The translations under genes and the position numbers were made by a program. 64,000 nucleotides of DNA from Podarcis pityusensis (lineage: Eukaryota): the NCBI GenBank assembly GCA_964106645.2, contig OZ067041.1; one strand, written 5' to 3'. The notes below the pieces were generated by a model, which saw nothing but the letters and a program-made list of their open reading frames with translations, was not told the DNA's origin and made no database searches. This document shows, one piece after another, positions 47,356 through 60,260 of this stretch; the first letter of the stretch is position 1, and every line of letters starts with the position of its first letter.

Positions 47356-48534
47356 TTGCTCTTATGTCAGCACCTAGCATTTAAACATACCCCATTCCTC
47401 CTGTTACCTGAAGAAGCCTGATTCAGATAGCAAAGGACTGCCGTACACTCTTGGAGGTGTGGCCTGGAACAGACTTTAAAAATATGTATCTATTTTATTT
47501 TATTGTTTGGAATCTGAGTCCCTTCAGCCTCAGCCATTGTGGCGAACGGTCAGGGATTCAGGGAGTTGTAGTAGTATAGAAAAATCTGGCGGGTTCTCCA
47601 TCCCTGAGCAGGAATAAGCTCCATAACACTATTTAAACATTAAGTGTGTCCGTGAAATGATTTATGGAGATGATTTTCAGCCAAAGCTCTCTGAGTAGTT
47701 TATTAAGTAAAACAGTACAACACCCTGGAGTGGTACTTGGACAAAACAACTCAAAGGACACTGGATTTTGAAAACAGCATAAAAACAACATATGCAGACT
47801 GGAAAACAGAAAAGGCCAGAACATCAAAATGGTCTTTGCCTGGGGCTGAAAAGAAAACCAGAACTCAGTCCAGGCTGGTCCATTAGGGTGAATGTGGCAT
47901 TTCCTCACCAACTTCAGTCTGCCCTCAGCCAGCCTTCACCTGCCTGCTGTCTTATTTATAACCAGTCAGTGCGGTGGCTCTGCGTCTCATTGGCCCTGGT
48001 TCCATCTGAAGTTGTTCCTCCCTACCAATCTGCAAGTGCTATGCCAGGTAAGCCTCTTTGAAGAGGGAATTCCAGAGATGGGGGCTACACTGGGAAGGCC
48101 CTGTTTTTGGTTGCCACTGTACTCCAGAAGGTGAAGGGGGACGTAGCAGGGCTTCAGAGGTGAACATCAATGAGGAGATTCATGTGGGATATTGGCAGCT
48201 ATATAGAGAAGAATAGCTTAATGTGGCAGCAGTGGCCCCTCTGATAACATGAAGAATAAAACTAGTATACATTATTTTATTGGCATGTTCAGCACGAAGA
48301 TCTGGGACAGCATCTGAAATGTTATTAACCAGGGAATTCAATTAGCATCATCAAGTACTAATTGCCTGGTTATTATTACGGATGCCCGTAAACTGTGTAA
48401 TTACTGACAGTCATGTTTCATGCCATACACAGTCATAATATTTAGAAAGAACAAATGGAAACTAAATACAGGAGGAACACTATTGCTGAAAGGAGTCTAG
48501 TTAGCTAGGAGAGGGAGGTACCATAAGTATTATG

Positions 48535-48579
<45 letters not shown>
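48535..48579. repeat. (AAC)n microsatellite
   Basis: Direct reading. Confidence 0.95.
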
Positions 48580-49532
48580 GAAGATTTTCCTTTTCCATTT
48601 TGTGCAAATTTCCACCACTAGGATAAAGTGCTATAATCCAAATCTATTGGCAGACATTGCAAACTCATTCTTGGATCAGTTTCAAAATTTTCAGGATACT
48701 CATTCTTGTCTCATGCAGCCTGAGTAGCATAGCGGCAGAGAGGGAATAGAGTATTCTTAGCCAACAACAAAGGCTTGTTTTTTTGGATGTACTCAATTGG
48801 TCAACTGCTTATTGAATGACTCAAAAGCATCTAAATAACCAACCCAGGTCCAGAGAACTTGAAGAGGTTGCTCTGGTTGGATAGGATACCCATTTGACCA
48901 AATGCAATGAAATGCCAAAGCTCCCATCCTCTTTCTTTTTGAAATCACTATATCTGCCAAGTACTCCATCCTTCCACAACACTGACTCATGTAGGCCAAG
49001 CTTCTCAGAAGATAGTGCTTTCTCTGGGCTATTCCATCTAGATTGCAAGGAAGGAGAACATATATTCAAGCATGTTACCTCAGTGAGCTAAACGTATGTG
49101 TGGAACCTGGTAAGCCCAGATCCTTATCTTGTTATTTGCTTACTGCTCTCCATGTCTGCAATTGCCCCTCAGAACACAGCATCAAAATGGACAATTTGAA
49201 CATGCAAGGGCCTTTGTTTTACCTGGGGAAGCTTTGCTTCTTTCCAGGACAGAACCCATGCCATTGGCAGGCAAAAGGTTGCTAAGCTACTGAAACTAGT
49301 TACGGAATCAATGTCAAACACTAGTTAGCAAATACTGGGTCATATGAGTACACTTCCGTCTTGTGAGCTCCTTTGGTAGAGGTTTCCCTAAACCTGTGTA
49401 TTTTGGTTGGGGTGTGGGGAGCTTCAGGGTCAGGAGAGGAAGGGACAGTCCTATTGCATGACCAGAACTCTGTGCCACTGACAGACCCTGTTGGATTTCT
49501 CCCACTGTTGTTTTAAATGTTTTGATGGAACC

Positions 49533-49680
49533 TCATAGGAACCTAGGAAGCTGCCTTATGCAGAGTCCATGTAGCACAGTACCGGCAACACTTGAGTGGC
49601 AGCCAATTCCTAGGGTTTTAGATAGGGAACATTCCCAAGGCTAACAGGAGATGCTGGGGGTTGAACCTGGGACATGCAAA
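49533..49680 (-). mobile_element. Degenerate Squam2-like SINE
   Basis: cataggaacctaggaagctgccttat tail and ttgaacctggg box B. Confidence 0.6.
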
Positions 49681-51199
49681 ACAGGTGCAAAGCTGCATTC
49701 ATTTCCCTATTTATTTTACTTGCTTTATTTTTAAACTTTTAATAAAAGGGATTGGGCTAGAACTCTGGAGTTAGCAAAGTATTCTTCCAAGTTAGAACCT
49801 GTCTTGTTATGCTTTAAGCTTCCAATGAGTGGTGGGCATGAATTAGGCATGAATTAGGCTTATGACAACAGTACTTCCCTATCAGATTGATTTGTGCAGT
49901 TCTCAAGTACCAACCAGCTTGGGAGAAAGAGCAACAAGTGTGCTTGTGGTAGCCATTTAATGAATCTCAGAAGGGTGTACACCTTACCCCATGAGCCTCA
50001 TAAGGAATGTGTGGGAGTGAGTGCCTCTTTGTTGCTCCAATCGACACAAGATAATACCACCATGGCAACTATCTGTAAACAAACGGTAGGAAAATTAAGA
50101 TTAAAAATACGTTGAGAATGCATAATTAAGACATACCTTTGTAGTAAATAATGTACAAGAGAAGACAGTATATAAACAACTTAAAGCAGGGGTACAAGAA
50201 TAAAGGTGAGACAATAACTAGTCTATTCGTCCGTACATAGTTAATATCCCCAGACCCACTAATACAAAAAATCTGATTACCGGAATGACGAAACCACTGA
50301 CATTACAAGTGAACTCTTTATTTACTGTGTTTGCAATTGTTTAAGATAAAACCTATTTTGGAAAGATACTACTTTTGCCATTTTCATGGATGTTTATTGG
50401 TTGGTTACAGATAGTTGCCTTGGTGATATAATCTGGTGTTGATTGCAGTAGTCATTGTATCACCACCTTGTTCATTGTTTTGTTGTTTATTTGTCGCACC
50501 AGTATGTTTTGCTTGGCTTTGCAGAATATGGAGTCTTAAAGCACACTAGGGTGACCACGATGCATGGCTGCATTAGGAAACTAATGTGAAATATTATACC
50601 GTTCAGCTGAAATGTGGAACAGGAGGATGAAGCTGAATGCATGATTTGATTCATCCACAACCATGTGCAGCTATGCTCTGTAGATTTACCAAACTTTTCT
50701 GTAGCTAAAATAATTTAGTATCCCTTTGTACCAACCAACCAGTGTCACATTTGAGCAAGGGCTCAGTCAAGGTGTGTTAAAAAGAGAGCATGAATAAATG
50801 GCTTGGAGCTTTGGCCTTGTGGGACTGCATTGAGGGGCACTAAGTACTTCAAAAATAGTTTAGCTACAACTAATATCTATGCTAAACCACTGGAAGGTGT
50901 AATTCAGTATGCTGGTGATACCCAACACTCTCTCCATTTCATGTGAATCAGGACAGGTGTGCAAGTTCTGGACCAATGCCTACAGCAGAGATGGGGTAAC
51001 TAAGGCCAACAATCTGAGACTGAATTCTTATAAAATGCATTTTCTGAAGGTAGATGGGTTGCACTCTCCGTGAAGGAGCAGGTGTGTAGCTTTGAGGTCC
51101 TCCTTGATTGTAGGACGACACTAGAGGTCTAGGTGGTCTCAATGAGGAGGAATGGCTATGTCCAGCTCTGGCTGGTTCACCAATTGCATTAATTTCTAG

Positions 51200-51450
51200 A
51201 TAGGGATACCCTGGCTTCAGTAACCCATGCTCTGATAATCTCCCTATTGGATTATTGCAAAGGGTAGCTCTACTTGAAGATGGTCTGAAAGTTACAGCTG
51301 CTACAGAATGCCAAGGGGACGTTATTTGGGGCCCGAGATGGGACCATTTAGTTCTTGAACTGCTTGCCTGTATGCTGTTGAGCCCAATCCGATGTATCGA
51401 TGCTGGTGTACAAAATCCAAAATGTTTGGGGGGCCAAAGTAATTAAAGAC
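51200..51450 (+). mobile_element. Highly degenerate L2 ORF2 fragment
   Basis: catgctctg...ttggattattgcaa...cagaatgc resembles HAL..LDYCN..QNA. Confidence 0.4.
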
Positions 51451-52799
51451 CAGTAAATGACATTTCATTGTCATTTACCAGGCTAAGAATATGACTGCTC
51501 CCTCCCCTGTCTGAATGCTGAAGATACTAAAGGATAGTATTTAATTGGCACTGGGATCTCTAGAGTCGCCATAGCTGTATTGTAATTAAAAATGAAGCAA
51601 ACATCTCTTCACAGAAACAAGTTTACCAGAAGAACACTGTTGCCTCTGTTTTGGCAGGAGCAGTGGGGAACTTTTCATATTCATATTTTATATAACTCCA
51701 AAGGAGGTGATTTTTCTCCTTCAAAACCATGGTCAGAGAGACTGTTAATCAATGTAGGGGGAAAAGCACCACCATCTCATCTGACCTCGACAATCTTAAC
51801 AGATATGAAATGTGAAGGTAGCTGTTACAGATTTGGCAAGCATGTTGACTGCATTCCTGATAAGGTATCTCATACATACTTTCTTTTGTTTAAACGAATA
51901 AATGGATGAGTAAGTTTCATTCATTTTCTGTTGGACCAGTCTACACAGATTCAAATAAAAGGAGGAAATCAGTCTTTGGATCAGTAAATGCATACTATTT
52001 TTTTGCCTAATGGTGTCAGACATGAGGTGAGTTTTTCCAGATGATCTACACTGAGATTTGATCATAGGTCACACCAATGAAATGTGCAAAATGGGAGAAA
52101 ATTGATTGGTGCAAGGGTATGACTGTTCTGAATTTCTTTGAATTTAGCCCAGCTTATTCAAGCAACATTAATAAAATGGGACAGAAAGAGGTCTTGCTAA
52201 TGACTCTTTTATTGATCCTTTGTACTTCAGCAATTTTGTTCTACAGTATATTAGAAGCTAATTATTTTTCTGGTTGCAGTGAAAATGCTAATGAAACATG
52301 ACCTGTTGAGGAAGTGACTTGGCTTAATATATTATGACGACTGTTTAGTCAGCCATCCATTTCACAGTGTTTCATTTGAAATTCTACAGAAAATTTTGAC
52401 CCAAACTTTCCTTACTTGTTTCATAAGCATTTTATGCATGTAGAAGGTCCTTCAATGAATTACTCACAGGGTGCACCATTATAGTGATCTGATGTGGGTG
52501 AAGGTGCTCTGTGCTGTCCAGTTTATTTCAGTGAAGCAGAGAACTGTGTTTGAATGTCAATTCTTGCATTTGGAGATGTTCTATCTATTGAAGTGAATGG
52601 CTGCATAGGAGTTTCATGTGTGCAGTGGCTCCAGATCAAAGAGAAAGAGTTTTAAGTATTCTGGGGAAGTTAGATATTTATTTACACCAGACACTGATTT
52701 TAATTTATAATTATCATTGTTGATTTAGTGGGAAGCAATGTCTCAGGAGCAGTAATATTCCTTAAAGATTTCAATAATTCAGTTCTGTGGATATCCAAT

Positions 52800-53583
52800 T
52801 GTCAGGGCTGCCTCAAGTCTCAGCTCACAAAAGACCAACGCCAATCTCTTCTTATATACAAAAGTGTTTATTGCAGTTCATTGTTTGCTTCACATCCGAG
52901 GCGCGCAGCCCTACGTCTGTTATGCTTAGACCGCTGAAGTCCCCTCTGAGTCAGTCCCTCCCCTGCACCAGTTTAAGAGGCTTGCGCTGCTCCACCTCTT
53001 TCTCTCTTTCCTTTTCCGCAGGGTCTTCCTGCCCGCTGGGGTTTCGCCCCTCCTGGATTCCCCTGACGCGGAATCCCCAGATTGCTCTTGCCCCCTCCTG
53101 CGGGCTTTGGGACCTGGCCCCTCCTCCGGGCTCCCTGTACTTCCGCGCGCCTCCACATTTGAACTTGGCGCGCGCGCCCAACCTCTAACCTTCCTTTTGA
53201 CAGCTACACTACTCCCTTCACTACTCCCCTCCCCTTCCGGGAGGGTGCCTTGCTCCGACCTCCCTCCCTTCTCTGCTGCCGGAGCTGCTTCCCCTGATAC
53301 ACTGGAACCTCCACCCCCTTCGCTGCACTCTGGTGGGGAGGCTGGTCCTGACGCCCAGCTGCCACTTTGGGATCCCCCGCTGGCCCCCTGCTCCTGACAC
53401 GTTCCCCCTGGGGCTCCCCTGGCCTTGACCACCGGCGCCCCCTTCTGGGAATCCTCTGATTCGCTGGAAAGACTCATGGAATCTCTTGAGTCATTGTCAT
53501 CCTCTTCCTCGCTGTCCTGGGACTCATCCCCATCGCTCTCCATCTCCTGCCTACCCTGTGCCTCTGTCCCTGAACCCCTGACA
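52800..53583 (-). mobile_element. Solo LTR (Gypsy/ERV-like), 784 bp, 5-bp TSD
   Basis: TGTCAGGG...CCCTGACA inverted termini; TSD ccaat (52795-52799 / 53584-53588); minus-strand AATAAA at ~52867-52872. Confidence 0.88.
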
Positions 53584-55104
53584 CCAATCAACATTAATAT
53601 TGCTTTCATTCTTACAGAAGATTCGATATAAGAGTAAATGATAGTCTCCTGTCACTCTACATAGTCTTTTAGTAGAAATGCATTTTTTTCTTAAACATGA
53701 CAGTACTTTTAATCACTGATCAAAGGTTTTTTATATATATAAAAAAGAGTGAACTGCCTTGCAGACACATTTTGTCATTGACCATCACCTCCTACAAAAC
53801 ATGCACAATCAAGATTGATTTGCAGCCTTAACCCTTGTTCCCTACGAGGCAGATCATTTGAATGAGCAGTCCCAGTATTAAAAAAAAAAGTTGTAAGATG
53901 TCTTTACTACACTCATCACCAATGTGCTATTCCAACTTTATATATTGTGGCTTTAGCTTCACTGGTTGTCTTGTATGCTGCATTGAGGGTGACTTTCAGG
54001 TAGGATGTATATTTTAAAACAAAACAAACACGACACTCTATGGTTATGTAAGCCAAACTGACCCAGTCTTCAGAATGACTCAAAGGGCATAGAAATCATT
54101 CCCATGAAGATCCACTTTCCATGCAAAGCCTTTAAGCTGTGATTAGCAGTATAAATTACCATATGCAAATTTAAGGCAAATGGGTGTCATCGTTCGGCCT
54201 CATTTTTTGGCAGTGTGTTACACACCACCCTACACTGATCCAACACTGAGTAACAGGCACTCAGGGAAGGGAAGTGAGCAAATTATTATTGCGTAGATGT
54301 GTGTGGTCTGTTACCAGTTGTGGTGCTATATGGTTTAGCCTGCATTGACATTTGTTTTCAGAAGATTATCAGAAGTATTGCAGATACCTGGTGGATATTC
54401 AGCAAGTTCTCTTTCTTTTCCAACAAAAGCTTCTCCAGATGAATTATTTCCTGGTATGCACTTGGTTTTTCACCCAGCTTCTGGTTCACAAATATTGAAA
54501 AAGTGCTCTCATTCTATGAGATGCTGAGAAACTTTGAGCTTATTTTTGTTTGTGCTCTCAGCTTTGCAGCAAAGAATTGAAATGAATGGAATATGAGAGT
54601 TGTGCACTCTGGCAGCGAAGAGAGCACAGCAAAGCAAACAAACCCCTCATGGAAAAGCAGAACAGCAATGAAGCTGATTACAGCTGTGAAGTGAGAACTG
54701 TTTAAGACTTGTGATTCCCTGCCAGCCCTGGGGCTACAGTCAAATGCCTACTAACTTGGGAATCAGCCCTGGGTCAATCCATGATCAAAATTTTACAGTG
54801 CTTTGAAGGTTGTTGCTGTTGTTTTCCTTCAAAGTTCCCATGCAAGACTACTGTTTTGATCAAGGAAGTTTCTCCCACCCAACCCCATGGAGTTAGCAGT
54901 AACTTGTGTCGTGCACATGCTCTTTAAACGGAACTTGTTATAGGATGGGAGAAAATGTCTGGCACTTTTCTCCCTCCTTTCCCCTGCCCCACACCCTTTG
55001 CTGTGAGTATGATATGAGCTGCTTGTGGCAGCAATGTAGATTTGAACAGATTTGGCTCCCTGCTCTCTCTCCCCCCAGCAGAATTTCCATGGGAATGAGG
55101 GAAG

Positions 55105-55797
55105 TGTTGTAAACAAAAATATGCCCTTTTCCCTTATGGGGTATTCAAGAGCCCGTATAGAGTCCTTACATAGGTTCCCTATTGGTAGAAGAAAATAACA
55201 GAGGCCAACCAGAGAATATTGAGAAGCAAAGCAGCTAGTAAGCTTGATCTTTATTGATCTGTTGCAACAGGGTGCTCCCCTCACTCGCAGGAAAGGAAGA
55301 GGACCCACAAAAATGCTGTTAAGGGCTTATAAAGACTTTTGAAATTCCCATCCTGTAGATCAAGACCACCCCCAGAAACATTATACATACATCACAGAAG
55401 GGGTGTAACCTAAGACCACCCCTCAGATACATCACAGAAAAGGTGGTCTTAAAACAGAAATTTCAATATTGTTTTTCTCTTATCCTTGTTTGTTTCCTGT
55501 CTGGCAGGTTACTTGATTGGATTGCCTGAGGAGCCTGGCCATTCTTTTGTAGTGATAAATACTTAGTTCCTGGGCCATGTCACAGGCTCACACCCTATTC
55601 AAACACATCAACATACCCTTAAGACAGGATTTGTGAAGGAAAAGACAATGGGGAGGTTTTTCCACTTTGACCATGCAGAGAAACATTTGCTCAGTTTAGG
55701 AATAAAAAATGGCTTCAGGTCAGTCTTCCTGTGCTTGATCTATGTACGTGCAGTTATGAACATTACCATATATCTAGACCTCAAAATTCCTATCACA
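55105..55797 (-). mobile_element. Solo LTR (ERV-like), 693 bp, 4-bp TSD
   Basis: TG...CA termini; TSD gaag (55101-55104 / 55798-55801); minus-strand TATA (~55327) upstream of AATAAA (~55250). Confidence 0.78.
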
Positions 55798-56826
55798 GAA
55801 GGAAGGGGAGAGATGGCGGGAAGAAATTGGCCCTGGAAAATCAATATATCTACTTCAATGTGTATGTATATATATGAAAAGGACAGGCAAAACTGGTACC
55901 CTCTTGCTTTGCAGTGGAGCACAAAGGCAGCAGGGAGACATGCCGGGCCTGCTGTGTTAGGGTCAAACTGCTTGAAGAGCAGGTTAGAATTGAGACATGA
56001 ATCAGTCAAGGGTCAGAGACTCCAGGTCTTGAACAAAAAAAGCCAGAGTGCAAAAACAGGATGTACTGTAGCTAGTGAGCCACAATGGAGTGCATCTATT
56101 CAGGCTTCAAAGTTCTTCTTTTGAAGAGCAGAAGGGCATCGAGGTGTGTTCCTGCATTAGTTCCTGCAGCTGGAAGTAGGGATGCATGAGGAATTTGATA
56201 TTTGCAAATTCTTGTATGGACTGGTAATATTTAAGTGGTAGGGACGCAGTTGTCTATCAGAGTTTGCCCTTCTCTGACAATGCAGGAGGGGCATTGCAGA
56301 ACCTGTTGCCAGACTTTGAGTAACACACCTGAGAAGTCCACCATTCATTTGGTTAGGCAAACAGAGTTGGCTTTTAAAAATTCCCTGCTAAATTCCTAGA
56401 GGAGTGCATCTGTTCAGGGCTGCATCCAGTCTAGAATAGGAAAAGGGGGGTGCTTGAGAGCCAGGAATGAGTCCATTTTCCCTGTATATATAAATGCTTC
56501 TAAGCAATTTTGGCTAAAATTTTGCAAAGCAATTTCCCCCAGTATAATGCATTTTGTATGTGATTTAACATACATGTGCATCTTTATGCACACTTTCTCA
56601 GTGCATTTTGTACACATTACTTGGATGGAGAATTGCACTGAAAAATTCAGAAAAAGGTGTGCATTTCAAAGGATGATTGTGTTTTGATTCTTGTTTTGGA
56701 ATGTGTGGATTAGGTAGGTTCATTGTTAGATGTAAACTGGATGCAATCCCCCCCCCCCCCCATCCTTGAATCATCCTAGTTTGCTTTAAGAGTGAATGAT
56801 ATTATGTAACAGATAGCTAGAAAGAC

Positions 56827-56830
<4 letters not shown>

Positions 56831-56861
<31 letters not shown>
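56831..56861. repeat. (GA)n microsatellite
   Basis: Direct reading. Confidence 0.9.
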
Positions 56862-56865
<4 letters not shown>

Positions 56866-57490
56866 AGGGGGTGAAGGGTGAAGAGAGCCCAATATTACTG
56901 ACAACCACAGCTCCAATATTTTTATTAGCTTCAAGCAACATGCTGTCAAAACAGCTACAATTCGTATTACTCTAATCCAAAAGTTATTTGGCTGTCAAAG
57001 CTTCCTTCGAAAACCCACCCAAAAGGTGAAAAACAAAAACAAACAAATCGTGGTCATATCATTTCCCCTTCTGTCTTTTTGTTCTTCATAAAATATTTTC
57101 AGATCCCAAGGATTGGGATTTTTTTTCTGCTTTCAGTTTCAGTTACACAAGGATTTATGGCACACATAGATGTATATTTACTCAGAAGTAAACCTTCCTG
57201 GCTTAGTAGTGAAAGGATTGTAGCCTAAAAAATGCAAGATGCTTTCCTAATGTATTAAATTCCTGGTTTTGATTGAATATCAGACAAAAATTGGGTGCTT
57301 TGACTATCTGACTCAGGGGCAATGCTTTGCACAGTGAGACCCATCAAACTCAATTGAGCTTAGTCAGCAGACATAGGATTGAACTGTTAAATGATCCAGA
57401 AGAAGGCTTTCTCCAGTATCTTAAAATGATAAAACCATAAGTCTTCATAGATTGCCAATGGTGATGGATAGTTGGATTTTCTTAAGGGAC

Positions 57491-57740
57491 GGGCCACAGC
57501 TTAGTGGCAAAGCAGTTCCACAGCATGCAAAAAATCCTAGTTTCAGTCTTCAGTATCCCCAGGTAGGAGAACCAGGAACGACTTCTGTCTGAAATTCTGG
57601 ACAGCTGCTACCAGTCAGTGTAGCAGGAAGATAGACTATAGTGCTTTCAATGTATAGTGCAGGTGTCCAGTTATTTGGGTTATTTGACAGCAGCAGGTAG
57701 ATAGACCAACTCATTGTTAGGCAGCTTCCTATGTTCCTAG
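57491..57740 (+). mobile_element. Squam2-like SINE carrying a foreign ~55-bp insert
   Basis: Head gggccacagcttagtggcaaagca and tail aggcagcttcctatgttcct. Confidence 0.72.
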
Positions 57741-59274
57741 CTATGTCCAGATGACTTTTCCAAATTGCCCACCCTGTTTGTGGGCGGAGTAATTGAGGGA
57801 GCCATTTCACCACACTTCTCCAGCGAGAGGAGAAATTTTCCCACTGTTTCAGTCCATGACATCATCTAGTCTGGAGTTGGTGCCAAACAAGAGACCTCTG
57901 TGCATAGCAGGAGCAGAAGTTGGGCAAAGAAATTCAGTAGGAAGCAAGCCCAAGTGACATTATAGCCTCACCGCTCCCTTTCCTGGTCTATCTGCTGAGT
58001 TACTGTTTGGCATGGAGTCTTCTCTGACTTCTCCTTCTTGAAAGCATGAGAAGAGCTCTGATGGATCAGGTCAAAGGCCTATCTAATCTAGCATCGTGTT
58101 TTCACAGTGACCAACTAGCACTATGGGAATTGCTGAGGGCAGCTTCGCTCTCCTCAGTTGTGATTCCAAGCAACAGCCATTCAGAAGTATATTGCCTTTG
58201 ATGGTGGAAGTAGTACATAGCCATCATGGCTCACAACAGTTTACTTAAATTCTTTGGTTGGGAAAATTAGGGAAATGACATAATGGACAGCTCTGTTTTC
58301 TTTAAGTACGGCAAAAGAGAAACAGGTACACACTCCTGCCAGCAGGAGGAATTTCTATAGGAAGGAGAAGTTTGGTTTGCTACTGCTGTATAAAGAGAGA
58401 GAGATCAATAGAGGCAGACCAACAATCAAAACATCAAGGGGAAAATCAACACTAAGCCTATCTATTTTCTTCCATAATCAGTTTGTTGTGCAGCAGTAAA
58501 GTGTTAAACAGAATGCTCTATAGAGAGGAAAAGTGAAGACTATAGGAAGGAAACTGATATGTAGCACCTTCAGTTACCCGGTGAGAGACATAGTGGATTC
58601 TTTTTGTCCTAAGGGAGTGACCATAGAGCAGCATTCGCCAACCTGGTGCCCTTCATATGTTTTGCGCTACAACTTCTAGCAGTCTGATATGGACGGCACC
58701 TGGTTATAGAATATTGTTCTAGAGGAACTAAGAAGAGTAGAAAGAGATCAGGGATATGCTTTGAGAAAGAGATAAGTTTGCATGGAAGAAAAGGCTCTCA
58801 AGAAATACGCTTTTCAACAGTTTCCAAAATGAACATGAAACGAGGCATATTGTTTTGTCTCAGATCTAGATAGACATCATTGGAAGAAAGTAGCTGCCAA
58901 TCTTCATCTACTTCTGGAAGCTACATGTGCTCTGCCATATTATGCAACTGATTTTTTTTAATGGGTTTACTGCCTAAGTCTGGATCCAACCTTCAGCTTA
59001 TAAATTACTGAAATCCTAATACAATAAAACAACAATATTAACCACTATGCCAAAAGTCATTAGTGAAAAACTGGGTGAGGGATTAAACAAATTAAAATGT
59101 CTGGGTAAATAAAAACATCTTCCCCCCCCCCAAACACATATGAACAACAAAAACAGAAGAACAAACAATACAAAAAAATTCTTGTCTTGTCCTTATTTTT
59201 TCTAAACATTGTTGGGTGAGCTTCCCTAAGTTCCCCCTATCTGATTTTCATTTTAACTCATCTTTAGCAGATTA

Positions 59275-59628
59275 GTAAAGGTAAAGGGGCCCCTGACCAT
59301 TAGGGCCAGTCGTGGCCGACTCTGGGGTTGCGGCGCTCATCTCGCTTTATTGGCCAAGGGAGCCGGCGTACAGCTTCCGGGTCATGTGGCCAGCATGACT
59401 AAGCCGCTTCTGGTGAACCAGAGGAGCGCACGGAAATGCCGTTTACCATCCCGCCGGAGTGGTACCTATTTATCTACTTGCACTTTGACGTGCTTTCGAA
59501 CTGCTAGGTTGGCAGGAGCAGGGACTGAGCAACGGGAGCTCACCCCGTCGCGGGGATTCGAACCGCTGACCTTCTGATCAAGCAAGTCCTAGGCTCTGTG
59601 GTTTAACCCACAGTGCCACCCGCGTCCC
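59275..59628 (-). mobile_element. Full-length Sauria SINE with 13-bp TSD
   Basis: TSD ctttagcagatta (59262-59274 / 59629-59641). Confidence 0.95.
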
Positions 59629-59981
59629 CTTTAGCAGATTACATATATCATAATTTTTAACCATTTATATATATATATATATATAAACATCTTAACCTGG
59701 TACCACAAATATTGTAAAGCAAAAGCACCACCAATGAAGAAACCCTCTTCTTCATATGTACTTCAAACCATGCACTTTTGAGAAGAGCAACACTTAGGGC
59801 AGGGCCTGAGTTGAGGATCTTAAGACATAAGCAGGCTGGTATATGAAGAGGTCTCCCTCTCAGGTATTTAGTTACAGATTTTAAATGTAAATCTCAGCTC
59901 CTTCAATTGGACCCAACAGTGTAGGCAACCATTGAAGTTCTTCAATGATTTGAGCATTATGAGCAAACCTGGTGGCACCAG

Positions 59982-60260
59982 CAAGGCCAGCCCTACCACT
60001 AGGCAAAGTAAAGCAGCTGCCTTAGGTGGCAGATGCTAAAGAACTGGAGTGGCAGTGCAGGGCTTGAGGACAAATCTGTATGTACAGCACAACTCATCCT
60101 ACAACTTCTAAGCCATCCTGCTGCCCCCAGGTATGGGGTCCTGTCACCAGTGTTGACATAAGATTCAACCGCCCAATCCTATCACCCTTTGTAGATGGGA
60201 TAGGAGGGGGTGCTATCTTATCTTCTGCTTCAGGGAGCGAAATATCTGAGGCTGGCCATA
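59982..60260. mobile_element. Degenerate hAT MITE
   Basis: caaggccagcc / ggctggccata termini; near TSD ggcaccag / tgcacctg. Confidence 0.45.

Noticed and set aside
55633-56124. 163-aa ORF
   Set aside because: Crosses the LTR boundary into flank, starts at GTG and has no motifs
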